Positions 39,559 to 53,535 of a stretch of 64,000 bases of DNA are shown here, one piece after another. The translations under genes and the position numbers were made by a program. The stretch covers positions 6,350,121 to 6,414,120 of the forward strand of contig CM119267.1 of the NCBI GenBank assembly GCA_051294375.1, given 5' to 3'. Position 1 is the first letter of the stretch. The number at the start of each line of letters is the position of its first letter. The notes below the pieces were generated by a model that saw only the letters and a program-made list of their open reading frames with translations, was not told the origin of the DNA and ran no database searches. The DNA is from Paraspadella gotoi (lineage: Eukaryota; Animalia; Chaetognatha).

Positions 39559-39794
39559 AACTCTAAGTAATAACTCTATTCTGTAACTCCTGCTCGTTTC
39601 CTCATACCTCATATCTTCCTCCACCAATGACTTTAATGACTTCTCTTTATCTGTCTCCATCTCTCTCACCTTTTCTTCTCTCCTCTCTCCCCTCCCGATT
39701 TCTTTCATGAGTTTATTTCCTCCGCTGTCGTAGTCTCCCGTATTCGTCCATCGATTTACATATCAACACTCTATCTGTTTCGTCTCTCTCTACG

Positions 39795-39846
<52 letters not shown>

Positions 39847-41936
39847 ATCGACTTCCTCCATTTTTTTTACTTTCCTTCTTCCTCTTCCCTCTCCTCCTCT
39901 TCCTCCTCCTCCCCAAAGGAAATCATTTTTTCCTCCTCTTCCTTCTCCCTAAGGAATACCCACGGATCGAATTCTTCCTCCTCTTCCTACCCACATAGGA
40001 ATAAGGGGGAACGCGTTTCTTCCTCTTTCGACCTTCGACGTTTCCATGGATACGACGATGGGAGTTTTTCTCTTTGGGACATGAAGGGGGGAAAGAGGGA
40101 GAGAGAAAGAAGGAGGGAGAGAGTGAGAGACAGAGAGGGAGCATATTTTAAATAGCGCCAGCGAGATTATTATTCGAGAGTATTCCTTGAATTTAAAAAA
40201 AATGGGGAAAAAAAGTTGTGAACTATCAACTAAACCCAAAACCATTAACTAATGTCAAAACTATTTTACTTATTTAAAATATATTGATAATAATAAGTTA
40301 AAAATCTCTCGGCAATTGTTCTACATAGATGTTAATACCATTGTCATAGACGTCGGGGCCATTAAAGAAATATCCCATTCTTTGATAAAGCTGCGTCCAC
40401 TTTCTGACGCGTCAAATGTCAGCGGGTCACAAATCCTCTTCGCTTCAAACTGTCCTCACTGAAGAAACAATAATGATGAGTCTGAAGACGTCATTAAAGC
40501 GTCGTCGTCGTCGTCGTCGTCGCGTGTAGTCGTCGGTCGCTCGTCGTGTCTGGAGGCGAAAATCGCGCAAAATGGATTCAAACGGAAGCGGAAACGGAGA
40601 TGGCGTGGAGACCGCGGGGGGGGGTGGTGGAGACGCGGGGGGGGGCAGGGGGCGTAGAGGCCGAAGAGGGTGAGAGGCAATTAAGGTGTGCATTCAAAAC
40701 CGAAATAGTTTAGAGTGTATTGAATGCCCTATCAATACAATGTACAATGTAGGGGAAAGAAATTAATGGTAAGTCATTAGAATCCAAGACGGAAAAATAA
40801 CTTTGTTATTTAACAAATTTTTTTGACTCTCGCCGACGAACAGTTGATCGAAAGCGGAGAGCTAAGTTAAGTTAGGGTCGACGGAGTAAAAGTGTACAGA
40901 TCATCTGTCTGTCTCTCTCTCTTCTTCTCTCTCTCCTTCTACTCTCTCTCTCTTCTCTCTTCTTCCTCCTTCTCTCTCTTTCCTTCTCTCTCCTCTCCTC
41001 TCTCTCTCACGGCCAGGGGCGGGTAGAACCGTGGTTCGGAGGGGGGGGAGAGACCCGAGGCCAAAATGAGGGGTGAGCGAAACCTCGTTCCGAGGACGGG
41101 CGATCGAAACTGGGGTAAAAAAAAAAAAAAGCGGAAAACAGGGGGGGGGAAGTCCAATCCATATATGGTCAATGAGGGCCGATGAACGGAGACGACGAGG
41201 AAGAAGGAAGAGGAGAAGGAGGCGGAATTTGGGAAGGGGGGAGGTCGGGGGGGGGGGAGAAACGAGTCAGTTTTGGGAATAAAGACCCTAAGACAAGTCT
41301 CTTCTCTCTCCTCTCTCTCTCCATCTCTCTCTCTCTCTTCTCTCTCGTCACTCACTCCTCTATCATCTCTTCTCCTCTCTCTTCTCTCTCTTCTTTCTCT
41401 ATCTCTTCTGCTCTTCTCTCTCTCTTCCATCTCTGCTCTCTTAGTATCGTTATTCACAGAAATAAACGAAAAAGGGCCTCGAAGGAAGAGACTTAACGAC
41501 AGCATCTGAATCGTAGCGGAAATGTTTTGACGTCGTTTCGAAAGCTGGATCCATAGAAATTGGTTAATAATTAATTAATATGTGTATATTTATTATTATG
41601 ATAATTGGTTATTCTTTAAGTTACCGCACATTTGAACATTGTTCAGTGAACAACGTAGAATCGTGTAAACCAGCGGTAAGAACCTATTTTTGTCAGTGTA
41701 ATGTTAAAAAACGAATTATCAAAAATAAAAAAAAAACTTAATTCCATTTTAATTGCACGAGTCTAGTTTCCTAATTCATTCATTGTTATCGTCATTTCTA
41801 GACAGTGATCCAACATTCATGATTCTTTGATTCATGATACGAGACATGAATCAAAGATAACGACAAAAGATTCGATTCGCAAAGAGATCGCGGCCAACAA
41901 AAGAGAGAGAGAGAGAGAGGCTTTATGCGTCATTCA

Positions 41937-41960
<24 letters not shown>
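38190..41960 (+). repeat. Cleaner copy of a ~3.8-kb segment repeated at 45890-50060
   Basis: Colinear anchors CATACGTACACGTACA (38270/45981), GAAAGCTGGATCCATAGAAATTG (41540/49631) and GGCTTTATGCGTCA (41919/50027). Confidence 0.93.
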
Positions 41961-42013
<53 letters not shown>

Positions 42014-42752
42014 TCTCTGCCTCTTCCTCATGTTTGTGCTCTTTTTTACTAAATGAGATCCAATACGACTCATTTTTTTTATCCGCCTTTTTCTCTCTCC
42101 TCCTTTTTTTTTGTGAGCCCGAAGATTGCGATGTGTCTCGCCATTCTATGGTGCGAGCGATATAAGGAAGGGAGCGCTGATCTTTCGATTGTATGGTGTT
42201 CGGGAGGCAGGGAGCCCATCGCTATATTCTATGGGGTGCGGCGAAAGAGTAATTTTAATCGAGAGAAAGAGGGAGAGAGAGGAGAGGGGAAGGAAGGAAG
42301 GGAGGAAGGGAGGAAAGGAGGGAGGAGAAAGATAAAATGAGGGGAGGAAAGGTTAAACGGTGAAAGGGGATAGTAATAAGGATTTAAGGTCTGGAGAGAG
42401 GTACTAAGAGGAAAAAAAAGAAAAGAAAGCTTAAATGTAAAAAGTGATTGAGAGAAGAGAAAAAGAAGAGAGAGAGAAAAAGAGAGAGATAGAAAAATAA
42501 ATAGAAAATATCCAAATTAAAGAAATTAGGAGAACAACAAAAGCAAATAAAGCATCGAAAGCCAAAAAATTTAAAAAAGCAGAAAAAAAAACATAACGAA
42601 TATAGGCCGAAAAAGCAGATAAGTTCATCTCTAAATTTAGACTAAAAGCTGATGAAGCAGAAAAAAAATGAGAAAAAATAAAAAAATGAGAAAAATTGCG
42701 TCGGACGATGAGAAAAATAGAGGAACGAGAATAATACATCGTGAAACCCGAA

Positions 42753-42883
42753 GATTACAGGGAAATCTCTCATAAACGCGTCGATTACAGGGAAATCTCT
42801 CATAAACGCGTCGATTACAGGGAGATCTCTCGTAAACGGGTCGATTACAGGAAAATCTCTCATAAACGCGTCGATTACAGGGA
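42753..42883. repeat. 30-bp minisatellite GATTACAGGGAAATCTCTCATAAACGCGTC x ~4.3
   Basis: Units start at 42753, 42783, 42813 and 42843, with a partial unit at 42873. There are four substitutions among the full units and no indels. Confidence 0.95.
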
Positions 42884-43470
42884 TTAAACGCAAGAAAAGT
42901 GAGATTAAAACTCATCAATTTCACTCGACGAGAGACATAAACCGGATTCAATGATTTCCTCTTCATTCACGAGGCCGATGATGTGAAGAGAGAGATCCGC
43001 GCCATAGAGTCGTTCGCACCCATAAAGGGGTTTTAGGTGGGGGAGGGGTTGGAGGAAAAAGGGGGGCGTTGGGTGGAACATGATGCCAAAGAACTCAAGT
43101 GGTGTGAGGAGAAGTAGTGAGAGAATCGTGTGATGGGAATCGACCTCAATTGGTGAAAAGTAGAGTAGTGGGCGATGAGCAGCGGGAGCCGGAGATTGGG
43201 TCAGGCTCGGGGTTTGAAATGATTTAGATGGAGCGGAGTGGGAAGGCAGGAAGAGTAATAAAGATGAACTGTTGTTAAGGTAAGGGCGGGGAGAAGTAGA
43301 ATGGTAACAAATACGGGATTGTAGGGTATGGAAAGAAATGCATTTTCGGTATGCGGTTTGATAGTATAAATGATGGTGAAACTCAGATAGAGAGAGTCAG
43401 AGAGAGAGATGGAGGGAAAAAGACAAGGAGCAAAAAAAGAAAAATGCGGAGAGAGGTTTTTGACGCTTGT

Positions 43471-43505
<35 letters not shown>

Positions 43506-45199
43506 CTCTGTCGTTGATGGTTTTAAGGTGGTGCCAATGACGATAAATATAAAGCGTCTGGTGGTTATCATCGTCGTCGTCGTCGTCGTCGTCGAAAAAA
43601 GAGAGAGATGGAGAAAAAAAAATAGGAATAAGAATAAAACGGGAGAAGAGAAAAATGCGAACGGAAAAGAGTATAAAATTGGAAGACGAAATAATAAAGA
43701 GGGGAAAAACTCGTTTTTTCTTTTCTTTTTTTTCTTTTTTTCAAAAGTTTGAAAAAATAAAAAGGAAAAAATTCCGATGAGATTTTGGGGAAACGCGGAT
43801 CCATTGAAGTCATTGAAGCTACGAANNNNNNNNNNNNNNNNNNNNNNNNNNNNNNNNNNNNNNNNNNNNNNNNNNNNNNNNNNNNNNNNNNNNNNNNNNN
43901 NNNNNNNNNNNNNNNNNNNNNNNNNNNNNNNNNNNNNNNNNNNNNNNNNNNNNNNNNNNNNNNNTTTATATTCTTTCCTATTTTTTTTCCTCCCCTTTTT
44001 TTTTTCTCATTGATATTTTGATGATCACTTCGTCTTTTTTCTTTCTTTCTTTAAAAGGAAACAAAAAATAGAAAAAGTTGAAGAAAATGAAAATCGAACG
44101 ACNNNNNNNNNNNNNNNNNNNNNNNNNNNNNNNNNNNNNNNNNNNNNNNNNNNNNNNNNNNNNNNNNNNNNNNNNNNNNNNNNNNNNNNNNNNNNNNNNN
44201 NNNNNNNNNNNNNNNNNNNNNNNNNNNNNNNNNNNNNNNNNNNNNNNNNNNNNNNNNNNNNNNNNNNNNGAAGATTCAAATCTCTTTCCTTTTTCATTTT
44301 CTTTTTTTTCTTTCCTTCTTTCCTTCTTTTTTTTTCCATTCTATTTTTCCTTCTTTCTCGATATTCTTAACTCTCTTTCCTTCTTTTTTCCCTCTTTTTT
44401 CTTCTCTCCTTTCTTTCTTTTATTTCCTTATTCTTTCTTTTCTTTTTCCTCAGTTATTCTCTTTTCTTTGTCCTCCGCTATTCTGCTTGTTTTTTTTATT
44501 AGTTACAAAATATTATTTATTGAACTATTGTACTTATAAGACTTGAAAGTCTTTCTTCCTGAACTGTTCAATTTAAATCGCATTTTATTCGAAAAAAAAT
44601 TAATTTTGGGATTCAACACATTAAACCAAGACATGTAATGCTTCCTTTTAACGCTTTTAACTGTCAACGACAAACTCTCTCATCATCCTCTCTGCTCGAT
44701 CCATCTCTCTCCTCTCTCTCTTCTCTCTCTTCTCTCATCTTCTCTCTCAGTCATCTCTCGTCTCTCTCTCTCAGTCTTCTCTCAGGTCAGTTCATTCAAA
44801 ACTCTTTCAATAAGTATTTCAGTTTCCGGGAATGTTTCCTCTCCTTTTTTTGCACTTTTGCTCTTTTTTTCGCAATTCGAAAGTTTCCTTTTTTTCCTTT
44901 TTTCCTTTTATTCTTTTATCCTTTTTTTTTTTATAGAATTCCTGAGTGCATCGCATTCAATGAATTCGGCATCGTAGGTTGCGCACGCAAATCGCTATGG
45001 AAATTGCGCGCGTCAAACTTTGAAAGGTTAATTTTACACGCATCAACAACAACTCGACAGAGTAAGTGCGCTTATGGTTTATAGTGCGAAAGTAGTAAAA
45101 CTTTGGCAAGGCTAAACTTTGAGGCGCTGAATTGATAAAAAAAAATTATTCGAACCCGAAAAAATATTCGGGAACGCCTACTTAACATTTTTTTAAAAT

Positions 45200-45230
<31 letters not shown>

Positions 45231-45889
45231 CCGTCGTCGTCGTCGCCGTCGTCGTCGTCGTGGGTTTTGACTACGAAGAAAAAATGAATGAATTCGACAA
45301 TGCAAATTCCAAAATATCGACACCATGAATAATAAAAGTCTCTGTACCTCCTCCTCCTCCTCCTCCTTCTACTCCTCCTTCTCGTCTTCTCTTTCTTCGC
45401 TACGTCTTCCTCCTCCTCCTCCTCCTCCTCCTTTTATCCTCAGGGGGGCGTTTCCTCGAAACTCCGCCTTTTTCTTCGAAGCGGAAGTCGGAAGGGAGAA
45501 GAAGAAATTGAAAAGGAAAAAAGGGGAAAAAAAGGAAAAGAAAGGAAAAGAAAAATAGAGAAAAATAAAGAAAGAAAAAGGGTGAAAACCTTGAAAAAGA
45601 AGAAAAGGAAATTAAAAAGAAAAAAGACCTTGAACTTAAGGGGAGAAGGAAAAGAAGAACCAAAACTGATTAAGAGCAAACGAACAAATATGGTGATGTA
45701 CAATTGTACATGTAACGTCGTACGTAAAAAACAAATAAAAGTTTTAAAATAAGTACGAAATAGAAATCAATGGTTTAAAAAAAAACGTGATAGTTTAACA
45801 TGTAGCTTAGTAAAAAAAAAAGTACTACTTCCCTGGGGAAAAAGATTAATATTTCCGAACAATTAGGCAAGTTAAGAATCGGCCTCTAA

Positions 45890-48800
45890 TCTATTTCTCG
45901 CTTCTCACTCAATCCTTGTTCCCAACCCTACTTTTGTTTTTTTTCATTTTCCCTCTTTCTGTTCTCTCCACTTCATTTCTCATACGTACACGTACAACAT
46001 CGCTTCGTCACGCGTACAAACTAAGCGATTAACAGATCGTACTAGCGTTACAAGCACATTCTCCATCGCATTAAAAACGCGCGCCAATATACGAAAAGAT
46101 TCCGCACGCGCCCGAAGCAAAGGCTTGGAGTTTTGATTGCAAAGTCATTAGCGTCTCATTCTTTCTCCCCATTTTTTTTTCCACATCCTAAACCACTCAC
46201 CCATTTTTTCTTAATTATCGCCATTTCCACTCTCCTCCATCGCATTCTGTCCTTAACCCTTTCTACCCTCCCTTCCCCCTCCTCTCTCTTCGCCTCTTTC
46301 TCCTCTTTTCCCCTCTCCCTCTCTTCCTCCTCACCCTTAAATATCCGTCCGGTCTCTTTTTTTCGCCTTCAGCATTCCATAAATTACGCGCGTCCATAAT
46401 ATTACATATTCATATTTCCTACATTTTCAGAGCAATTTGCTCCGACTTCGGTCTCTCGAGGCGCCGACGGTGATGCGTAACCCGATGCCCGTCCACAGCG
46501 CTTCTCTCTAGATGAGATTTTTTTTGTCATCGGAGATTTATTTCATACATGGAAATTCGGCGTAGCATGGCCTTTCTTTTCATTCCGCGTAATGACAATT
46601 ACGTTCCTATATTAAGTTTCCAACTAGTTTATTATGTGTTTAAAATATGGTCCTATACAGATATTTATTACATTCCAAATCATAATTGGTATCCTCGTTA
46701 CCAAAGCCTTATCCGCTTTTTTCAAGAATATTCTTAACATTCCTAAACATAATTAAATTTTACTAAACGTTTTCTAAACGTTATTTTTATTTTATTTTTT
46801 TATAATCTTACTATAAACTTCTAAACGTTTATCAAAATTATGCCTTATTTGCTTCCGGCGTTGCTTGCATCTAGGTCGCCGCGCTATGAATGGTTCCAAT
46901 CGAAATGCATTCTCACCGGTCTAACAATTGTCCAGAAAGATAAGCCTTAAATAATAGGTTCACGTCATATCCGCGTCTTGGTAATTCCACCTCCTTCTGC
47001 GCCCAGCGGAGTCCACGACTCGAATTGGGTAGAGGAACTATTCGCTTAACTTTGTTTTTCCACGTTCGAAAGAGTCGAAGCGGAACAAACCGAGGAAAGG
47101 ACGACGACGACGACGAACGACGTGACGACGATGACGACGACGCAGGAATTTCAGATTCCACTCAATGATCCCCGACGCGTTGTCGAACCTGCTTCTGTTT
47201 TTCGGTTTTCTTTTTAAACAAAGCCCGATTTCTGCACATCACGTGTGTTGTTGTTATCTCGGTTGATGCACCTCACACTATTATTAGACTTTCCATCAAT
47301 CTTTTCTACGCTCTACATGTTTTTTCTGCCTTTTTCCTTTTCATTTTCTTTCACATTTCACATTCATCCTTTAAATGAAGTTACCTATTCCCTCTCTCTC
47401 TCATTCAGTCTCTCTCTCTCTTCTCTCTCGTCTCTCCTCATATCTCTCTCTCTGCTCGAGCTCTCATTCCTTCTTTCTAATTCTCTAAGTAATAACTTTG
47501 CTATTCTGTAAGCTGCCTGCTCGTCTTTCCTCATTACTCATATCGGTTCTCCATCCAATGACTTTATTGACTTTCTTTATCTGTCATCCATACTCTCTCA
47601 CGCCTTTTCTCTTCTTCTCCTACTCTCCCTCTACGATTTGCACTTTCATGAGTTATTTTCCTCCGCTGTCGTCGACCACTCGTATTCGTCCCGCATCACA
47701 CTTGCTAATCTTGAATCGCTTCATCTCTCATCTCTGTCTCTCGTCTTTAGATGGAAATCTACCTCACTCTTCATACTTCTTTGATCTCTTCTCATCTGTT
47801 TCTCCTCACTCTCTCTCTCTCTTTCATCGCATTCCTCCATTTTTTTACTTTCCTTCTTCCTCTTGCCCTCTCCTCCTACTTCCTCCTGCCTCGCCAAAGG
47901 AAATCATTTTTTCCTCCTCTTCTTCTCCCTAAAGAATACCACGGTGCGAATTCTTATCCTCTCTTTCTAACCGCAAATAGGATAAAGGGGGACGCGTTTC
48001 TTCTTCCTCTGTTCGAACCATTCGACGTTTCCATGGATACGACGATGGGAGTTTTTCTCTTTGGGACATGAAGGGGGGAAACAGAGGGAGAGAGAAAAGA
48101 AGGAGGAGAGAGTGAGAGACATGAGAGGGAGCCATTATTTTAAATAGCCGCGCAACGTAGATATATTATTACAAGAGTATTGCCCCTTGGAATTTAAAAA
48201 AAATGGGGAAAAACGCTTTGTGAACTATCACTAACCGCAAACACGCATTGGAACCTCAATGTTATAAAACTATTTACTTAATTTAATATATTGATAATAA
48301 TACTAAAGCTTAAAAAATCTCTCGGCATTTGTTCTATCATAGATTGTTAATGACATTGTTCCGATAAGACGTCGGGGCCCATTAAAGAAATATCCCATTC
48401 TATTGATAAAGCTGCGTCCTTTCTGACGCAGTCAAATGTCACGGGCTCAGCCAAGCCAAATCCTCTTCGCTTCAAACTGTCCTCACTGAAGAAACAATAA
48501 TGGAATGAGAGTCCTGAGAACGTCATTAAGCGTCGTCGTCGTCGTCGTCGGTAAGTGTCGTCGTCGTCGAATGGCGACAAATCGCGCCAGAAAAGATGGG
48601 AAAATTTTGCTTTCAAACGTGAAGCGAAACGGCAGACTGGCGTGGAGAAAGCGCGGGGGGGGTCGTGTGGGAGACGTCGGGGGGGGGTGGTGGAGACGCG
48701 GGGGGGGGGGGGGCAGGGGGGGCGTAGAGGCGATAAGAGGGTGAAGAGGGCATTAAGGGTTGTGCATTCATAAATCGAAATAGTTTAGAGGTCGTATTGA

Positions 48801-50060
48801 ATGCCCTCACAATACACTGTACGCATGTAGGGGAAAGAAAATTAACTGGATAATGTTTAGATCAAGACGGAAAAATACTTTTGTTAAGTTTAACGAAAAT
48901 TTTTTGGAGCTCTCGCAGAGACAGGTTGGACGAAACGCGAGAGTGAAGAGTTAGGGCGAGGAGTAAAAAGTGACAGAATCATTCTGTCTGTCTCCTCTCT
49001 CTCTCTCTCTCTTCATTCTCGTCTTCATCTCTTCTCTCGTGTCTCTATCTCTCTCTCTCTCGCACGGCCGAGAGGGGCGGTAAGAACCTGCGGTTTCCGG
49101 GGGGGGGGAGGCGGACCCGAGAGCCATGGGGGCTGATTCGAACCCGGTTCCGAGACGGCGATCGAACTGGGGTAAAAAAAAAAGCGCGGAAAACGGGGGC
49201 GAGGTCCAGTATCCATAATAATGGTAAATGAGCGCCGATCGACGAAGACGACGAGGAAGAGGAAGAGGAAGAGGAGGCCGGATTTGGGAAGGGAGGGAAG
49301 GTGCGGGGGGGGGGAGAAACCGGTCCAGTTTTTGGGAATAAGACGCCTAAAGACAAGTCTCTCTCTCTCCTCTCTCCTCTCTCGTCTGCTCTCTCTCTCT
49401 CTTCTCTCTCTCACTCTCTTCTCAACATCTCTCTTCTCCTCTTTCTTTCCCTCTCTCTCTCTTTTTCTCTCATCTCCTCTCTCTCTCTCTCTCTCTGGTG
49501 AGCATGTGCTCCTCTCGTCTTTATCGTTATTATCACAAGAAAAAAAGAAAGTATAAGGGGCCTGCGGAAGGAAGAGACTTAACGACAGCATTCTGAATCG
49601 TAGAGCGGAAATGTTTTTGACGTCGTTTTCGAAAGCTGGATCCATAGAAAATTGTTAAATATAACTTAATATGTGTATTATTTAATTATTATGATCAAAT
49701 ATGGTTATTTTTAAGTTTACCGCACAATTTGAACATTGTTCAGTGAACAACGTCAGAATCGTGTAAACACAGCGGTAAGGAACGCTATTTTTGTCAGTGT
49801 AATGTTAAAAAACGAATTGTATCATAAAAATAAAAAAAAAACTTAATTCCATTTTAATTGCCGAGTCCTACGTTTCCCTATCATTCATTGTTATCGTCAT
49901 TTCTAGACAGTGATCAAAACATTCAATGATTCTTTGATTCATCGATACGTGGACATGAATCAGATAACGACAAAAGATTCCGTTTCGCAAAGAGATCGCG
50001 GCAACAAAAGAGAGAGAGGAGAGAGAGGCTTTATGCGTCATCAGCGCTCTCTCTCTCTTC
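45890..50060 (+). repeat. Insertion-rich copy of 38190-41960
   Basis: About 400 bp longer, due to dispersed single-base insertions. Confidence 0.93.
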
Positions 50061-50172
50061 TCTCTCTTCTCTTCTCTCAGGTCGTCTCTTCTCCTCTCCT
50101 TCTCCTTCCAGGCTCCGGCCAGTCTCTCTCTTCTCCTCTCTCTCCTCTCTCTCTTCTCTCTCTCTCTACTCT

Positions 50173-50215
<43 letters not shown>

Positions 50216-51532
50216 GGAGCCGAAGGCGGCAAATGATTTTACATATTCACCATATTTTTGCATTAGCGTTTGATGCTTTTAGAAACCTTCTAGTAAAGGT
50301 TTTAAATATCTCCGTTCGGGGGAACTTCCACTCTCATTTTTATGATAATTTGGGTGCCGACGCCGGGTGACAAAAACAAAGAGAGAGAGAGTGAGAGAGA
50401 GGAGAGATGGAGGAATGAGATATGAGAATGAGAGAGCTCGAGAAGAGGAGAGAGAGCAGAAAAGAGAAAAGACAGACAGATCAGCAAACGATGAGAAACA
50501 GAGAGTGAGACAGGAGAGAGGTCCAGATGCGGAGTGGGCAGAATCCCGACGCCTGACGCTTGAATCAGAAAAGCGGGGCGTTCGCTATGTTATTGGTCTG
50601 TGATGGCTATGGATGTGGTGATTGGTATGGATGGTGCTGATGTGGTGATTGGGCTGCCATGAAGGTGAGTTGGTTGTTTGCGGACTCGCTGATGTCGTAA
50701 TTGTTTGTGGTTGATTGGGTGTGGGTGATCAGCTGTTTCGGTGATTTGCTCGGGGTTGCTTTGGTGATGCGCTTATTGGATATTGTTGATTGGACGCATG
50801 TGGTGAATTGACCGTGCGTATATATGTTATTGATTTTTATGAATAACGTTCGATGTAGTCCTAAATTCGGTGAATGTCATAATGATTCGCGTTCAGGTAT
50901 GACCGCGAAAAAGTGCGNNNNNNNNNNNNNNNNNNNNNNNNNAAAAAAAAAGGTTTTTTTTTGTTGGGAACTTGGCGCGAGGCGGCTCGGGAGTCGGCAC
51001 GCGACCGGAGTTAAACGAGCCTTTCGATTTTGCGTTGAATTTTAACTTATATTAAACTTTACTCGTTCCTTCCTCCCCTCCTTCCCCGGGGGCGATCCCC
51101 ATTTTCATCCAATGCGGCCCCGCTCGAGTCCGACCGGGAATCTCTATGCGCGACTCGGGCCCAGCCCGATCAGGCCCCGCCCTTCCTAGCCGGCGTCGGG
51201 AACGCGTGGCCCGGGCCTCGTAGACGCGTTACGACTAATTTCCCGTCCTTTTCCCCGACGGAGTTCGTTTCAACGAATTCGTTCGTGGAAGACAAAAAAA
51301 AAAAAGTGGGGGAAAAAAAGATGAGAGAGAAAAGAGAAAAAACTGGATCCGTCCGGGGTTCGAACCCCGGAGCCGACGATTTTTTTTTTAGCTTGAATTC
51401 CCTTTGACAGACAGAGGAGAGGGGAAGAGAAAAGAGGAGAGAGAAGTAAGGGGTGGAGAGGGGCGATGGCAGGGACAGCCTTCCATTCCTCCCTCTGGAA
51501 CTTTCCGCGTTCACAATTGAGGGATCGAAGAA

Positions 51533-51564
<32 letters not shown>

Positions 51565-51917
51565 TAGAAGAGAGAGATGAGAGAAGAGAGACGAGAGAAC
51601 GGAGAGAGAGGGAGAGAGGACGGCATGAAAGAACAGAGAGGACAAGGAAGTTATAAAAAAAGGAGAGGAGGAGAATTAAAAGGACGACTGAGAAAAAAGG
51701 AGAAGAAATGCTAATTACCCGTCGCTTTTCAAAAACTTCTCACTTCGGAGGCGCATATTGAAGAACGAGAGAGAGAGGAGACAGAGAGAGAGAGAGAGAG
51801 AGAAGAGAGCAAGACGAGACCCGAAGAGATGGAGAGAAGAAGAAGAGGGCGTCCTTTTGTTTTAGCTCGGATTCCTGCTTCGTCCAAACGACTCCCGATT
51901 CTTCTTGCTTTTTCTCG

Positions 51918-51949
<32 letters not shown>

Positions 51950-52362
51950 TCTCTTCTCTTTCTTCTCATCTCTCTCCCTAATTTTCTGTCTTTTTGTCAA
52001 TTTGTGACGAAAACGAAATAAAAACTGGAGAATTTACAATAATGAAAAGTTACAACAAAAATATTTTTGGATGATCGCACTTGGAACAACAATATAGCGA
52101 CAACACATAAAAGACAACAAGAACGAACGACGACAACGAACGACGACTAAGCATTGACAGACGACGACACAACGAACGACGAACGACCGACTAACGCAAC
52201 AAACGCCACTACCCCCAATAAACGCGGCTCCTCTAATTCAAAACAGGCGCCGATGGAACAGCAGTTTAAAGTTTAATCGCTTCCGTTGGAGCGAGGGTTA
52301 GTGGTGAGGGTGAGAGAGAGAGGACGAGAGAAGAGACAGCACAGAGAGAGAGAGAGAGAGAG

Positions 52363-52406
<44 letters not shown>

Positions 52407-53030
52407 GCAGGCACCGTGAGGAATGAATTGTTAAAAAATTCTAAAATGACCAAGTTTGAAAGGCTGGAGTTTTTCAGTTCCATTTCGAATCGACGGATAT
52501 CGAGCGAAAAAAAAAAGTTTAAATGGTCTTAAATTTTATTGTTGAATTTTATCATAAAAAGAACTTGATGGCCCTGTTAGAAAGACAATGGAAACGGGAG
52601 AAATAGGTAACAAAAATGCCTTCTATTTTTGTGACTGTCACTTTTTTCTGTTTTTTTTCCTATATTTTTTAATTAATTTTTCTTTCTATTTTTTTTTAAA
52701 TGTTTTTCTCTGTTTTCATTACGTTTCGTTACTCAATACTCAGTCTTTTCCATTGCGACTATTAATTTTGGAAATTTTCTCTCTATCTTTATTTGACAAG
52801 TAACCGAATACATTTCCTGAATTATTTCAAATTTTCTCGTCTTCATTTCTTTTTTCCTTCTTCCTCTTTCTCCTCCTCCTCCTCCTCCTCCTCCTCCTCC
52901 TCCTCTTCCTTCTCCGAGTTAGCCATCTTTCAATTTTTCTTTTGCACTGATTCGTAATTAATGAGGGAAATTAAAATTGAATCAAAATGCAATTAACTCT
53001 CATTATTTCAACATTCTTTCTTCGTCTTGT

Positions 53031-53064
<34 letters not shown>

Positions 53065-53424
53065 TCTCTTCCTCGTCCCCTCTTTCAGTTGACCCGGAGG
53101 AAGAAAACAGCCAAAAGTTCGAGAGCATTTAAAGAGAAAAAATATTCATATGTAATTTTGATTTTTCAATCCAACTAAAATAATCATGAAGTCTCTTAGT
53201 ATTTTTTAAAGTAATAATGAAGAAATGTATTTCACTGCATGCATCCTTCCGCAAATTATAAGTATTTAGTACCAACTTCACCGTTTATCTTTATGAATAA
53301 ATATCTTGAGGTTTAGCATTCAACCATTATAATGCTGTCTTAATCTTAATTTTTAGTACTATTTAAGTAAATTAGGGTACTACATAAGCCTTAAACAGTG
53401 TCCAAGGGTATCGTATCAACTCAC

Positions 53425-53535
53425 GGTATCGTTTGAGCAGCGCCTTCTTTCCCGTATATTTCGATGCTGGATCTGAGAGATCAAGAGGAAGCGATGACGT
53501 CACGTCTTCCAGACTCAAATCATCGGGGGACGAAG
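53425..53535 (-). CDS. Probable internal coding exon (111 nt): (A)SSPDDLSLEDVTSSLPLDLSDPASKYTGKKALLKRY
   Basis: Acceptor ccccaccccctag| and consensus donor C|gtgagt. Open only when entered in phase 1 or 0; phase 1 is what the upstream exon supplies. Length is a multiple of 3. Confidence 0.6.

Noticed and set aside
40349-40462. Short open frame after tgtcatag (VGAIKEISHSLIKLRP...)
   Set aside because: It is not preserved in the duplicate copy near 48370-48490, has no partner exon and shows no recognisable similarity.
42753-42883. 30-bp repeats as a CRISPR array
   Set aside because: The units are head-to-tail with no spacers, the context is eukaryotic, and there are no cas genes.
50590-50820. 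G/T-skewed pseudo-random stretches (also ~2410-2630, ~43040-43340, ~62180-62350, and C/A-skewed ~10460-10720)
   Set aside because: No periodicity or coding signal, and some adjoin noisy patched segments. They may be low-quality read sequence, so I make no call.
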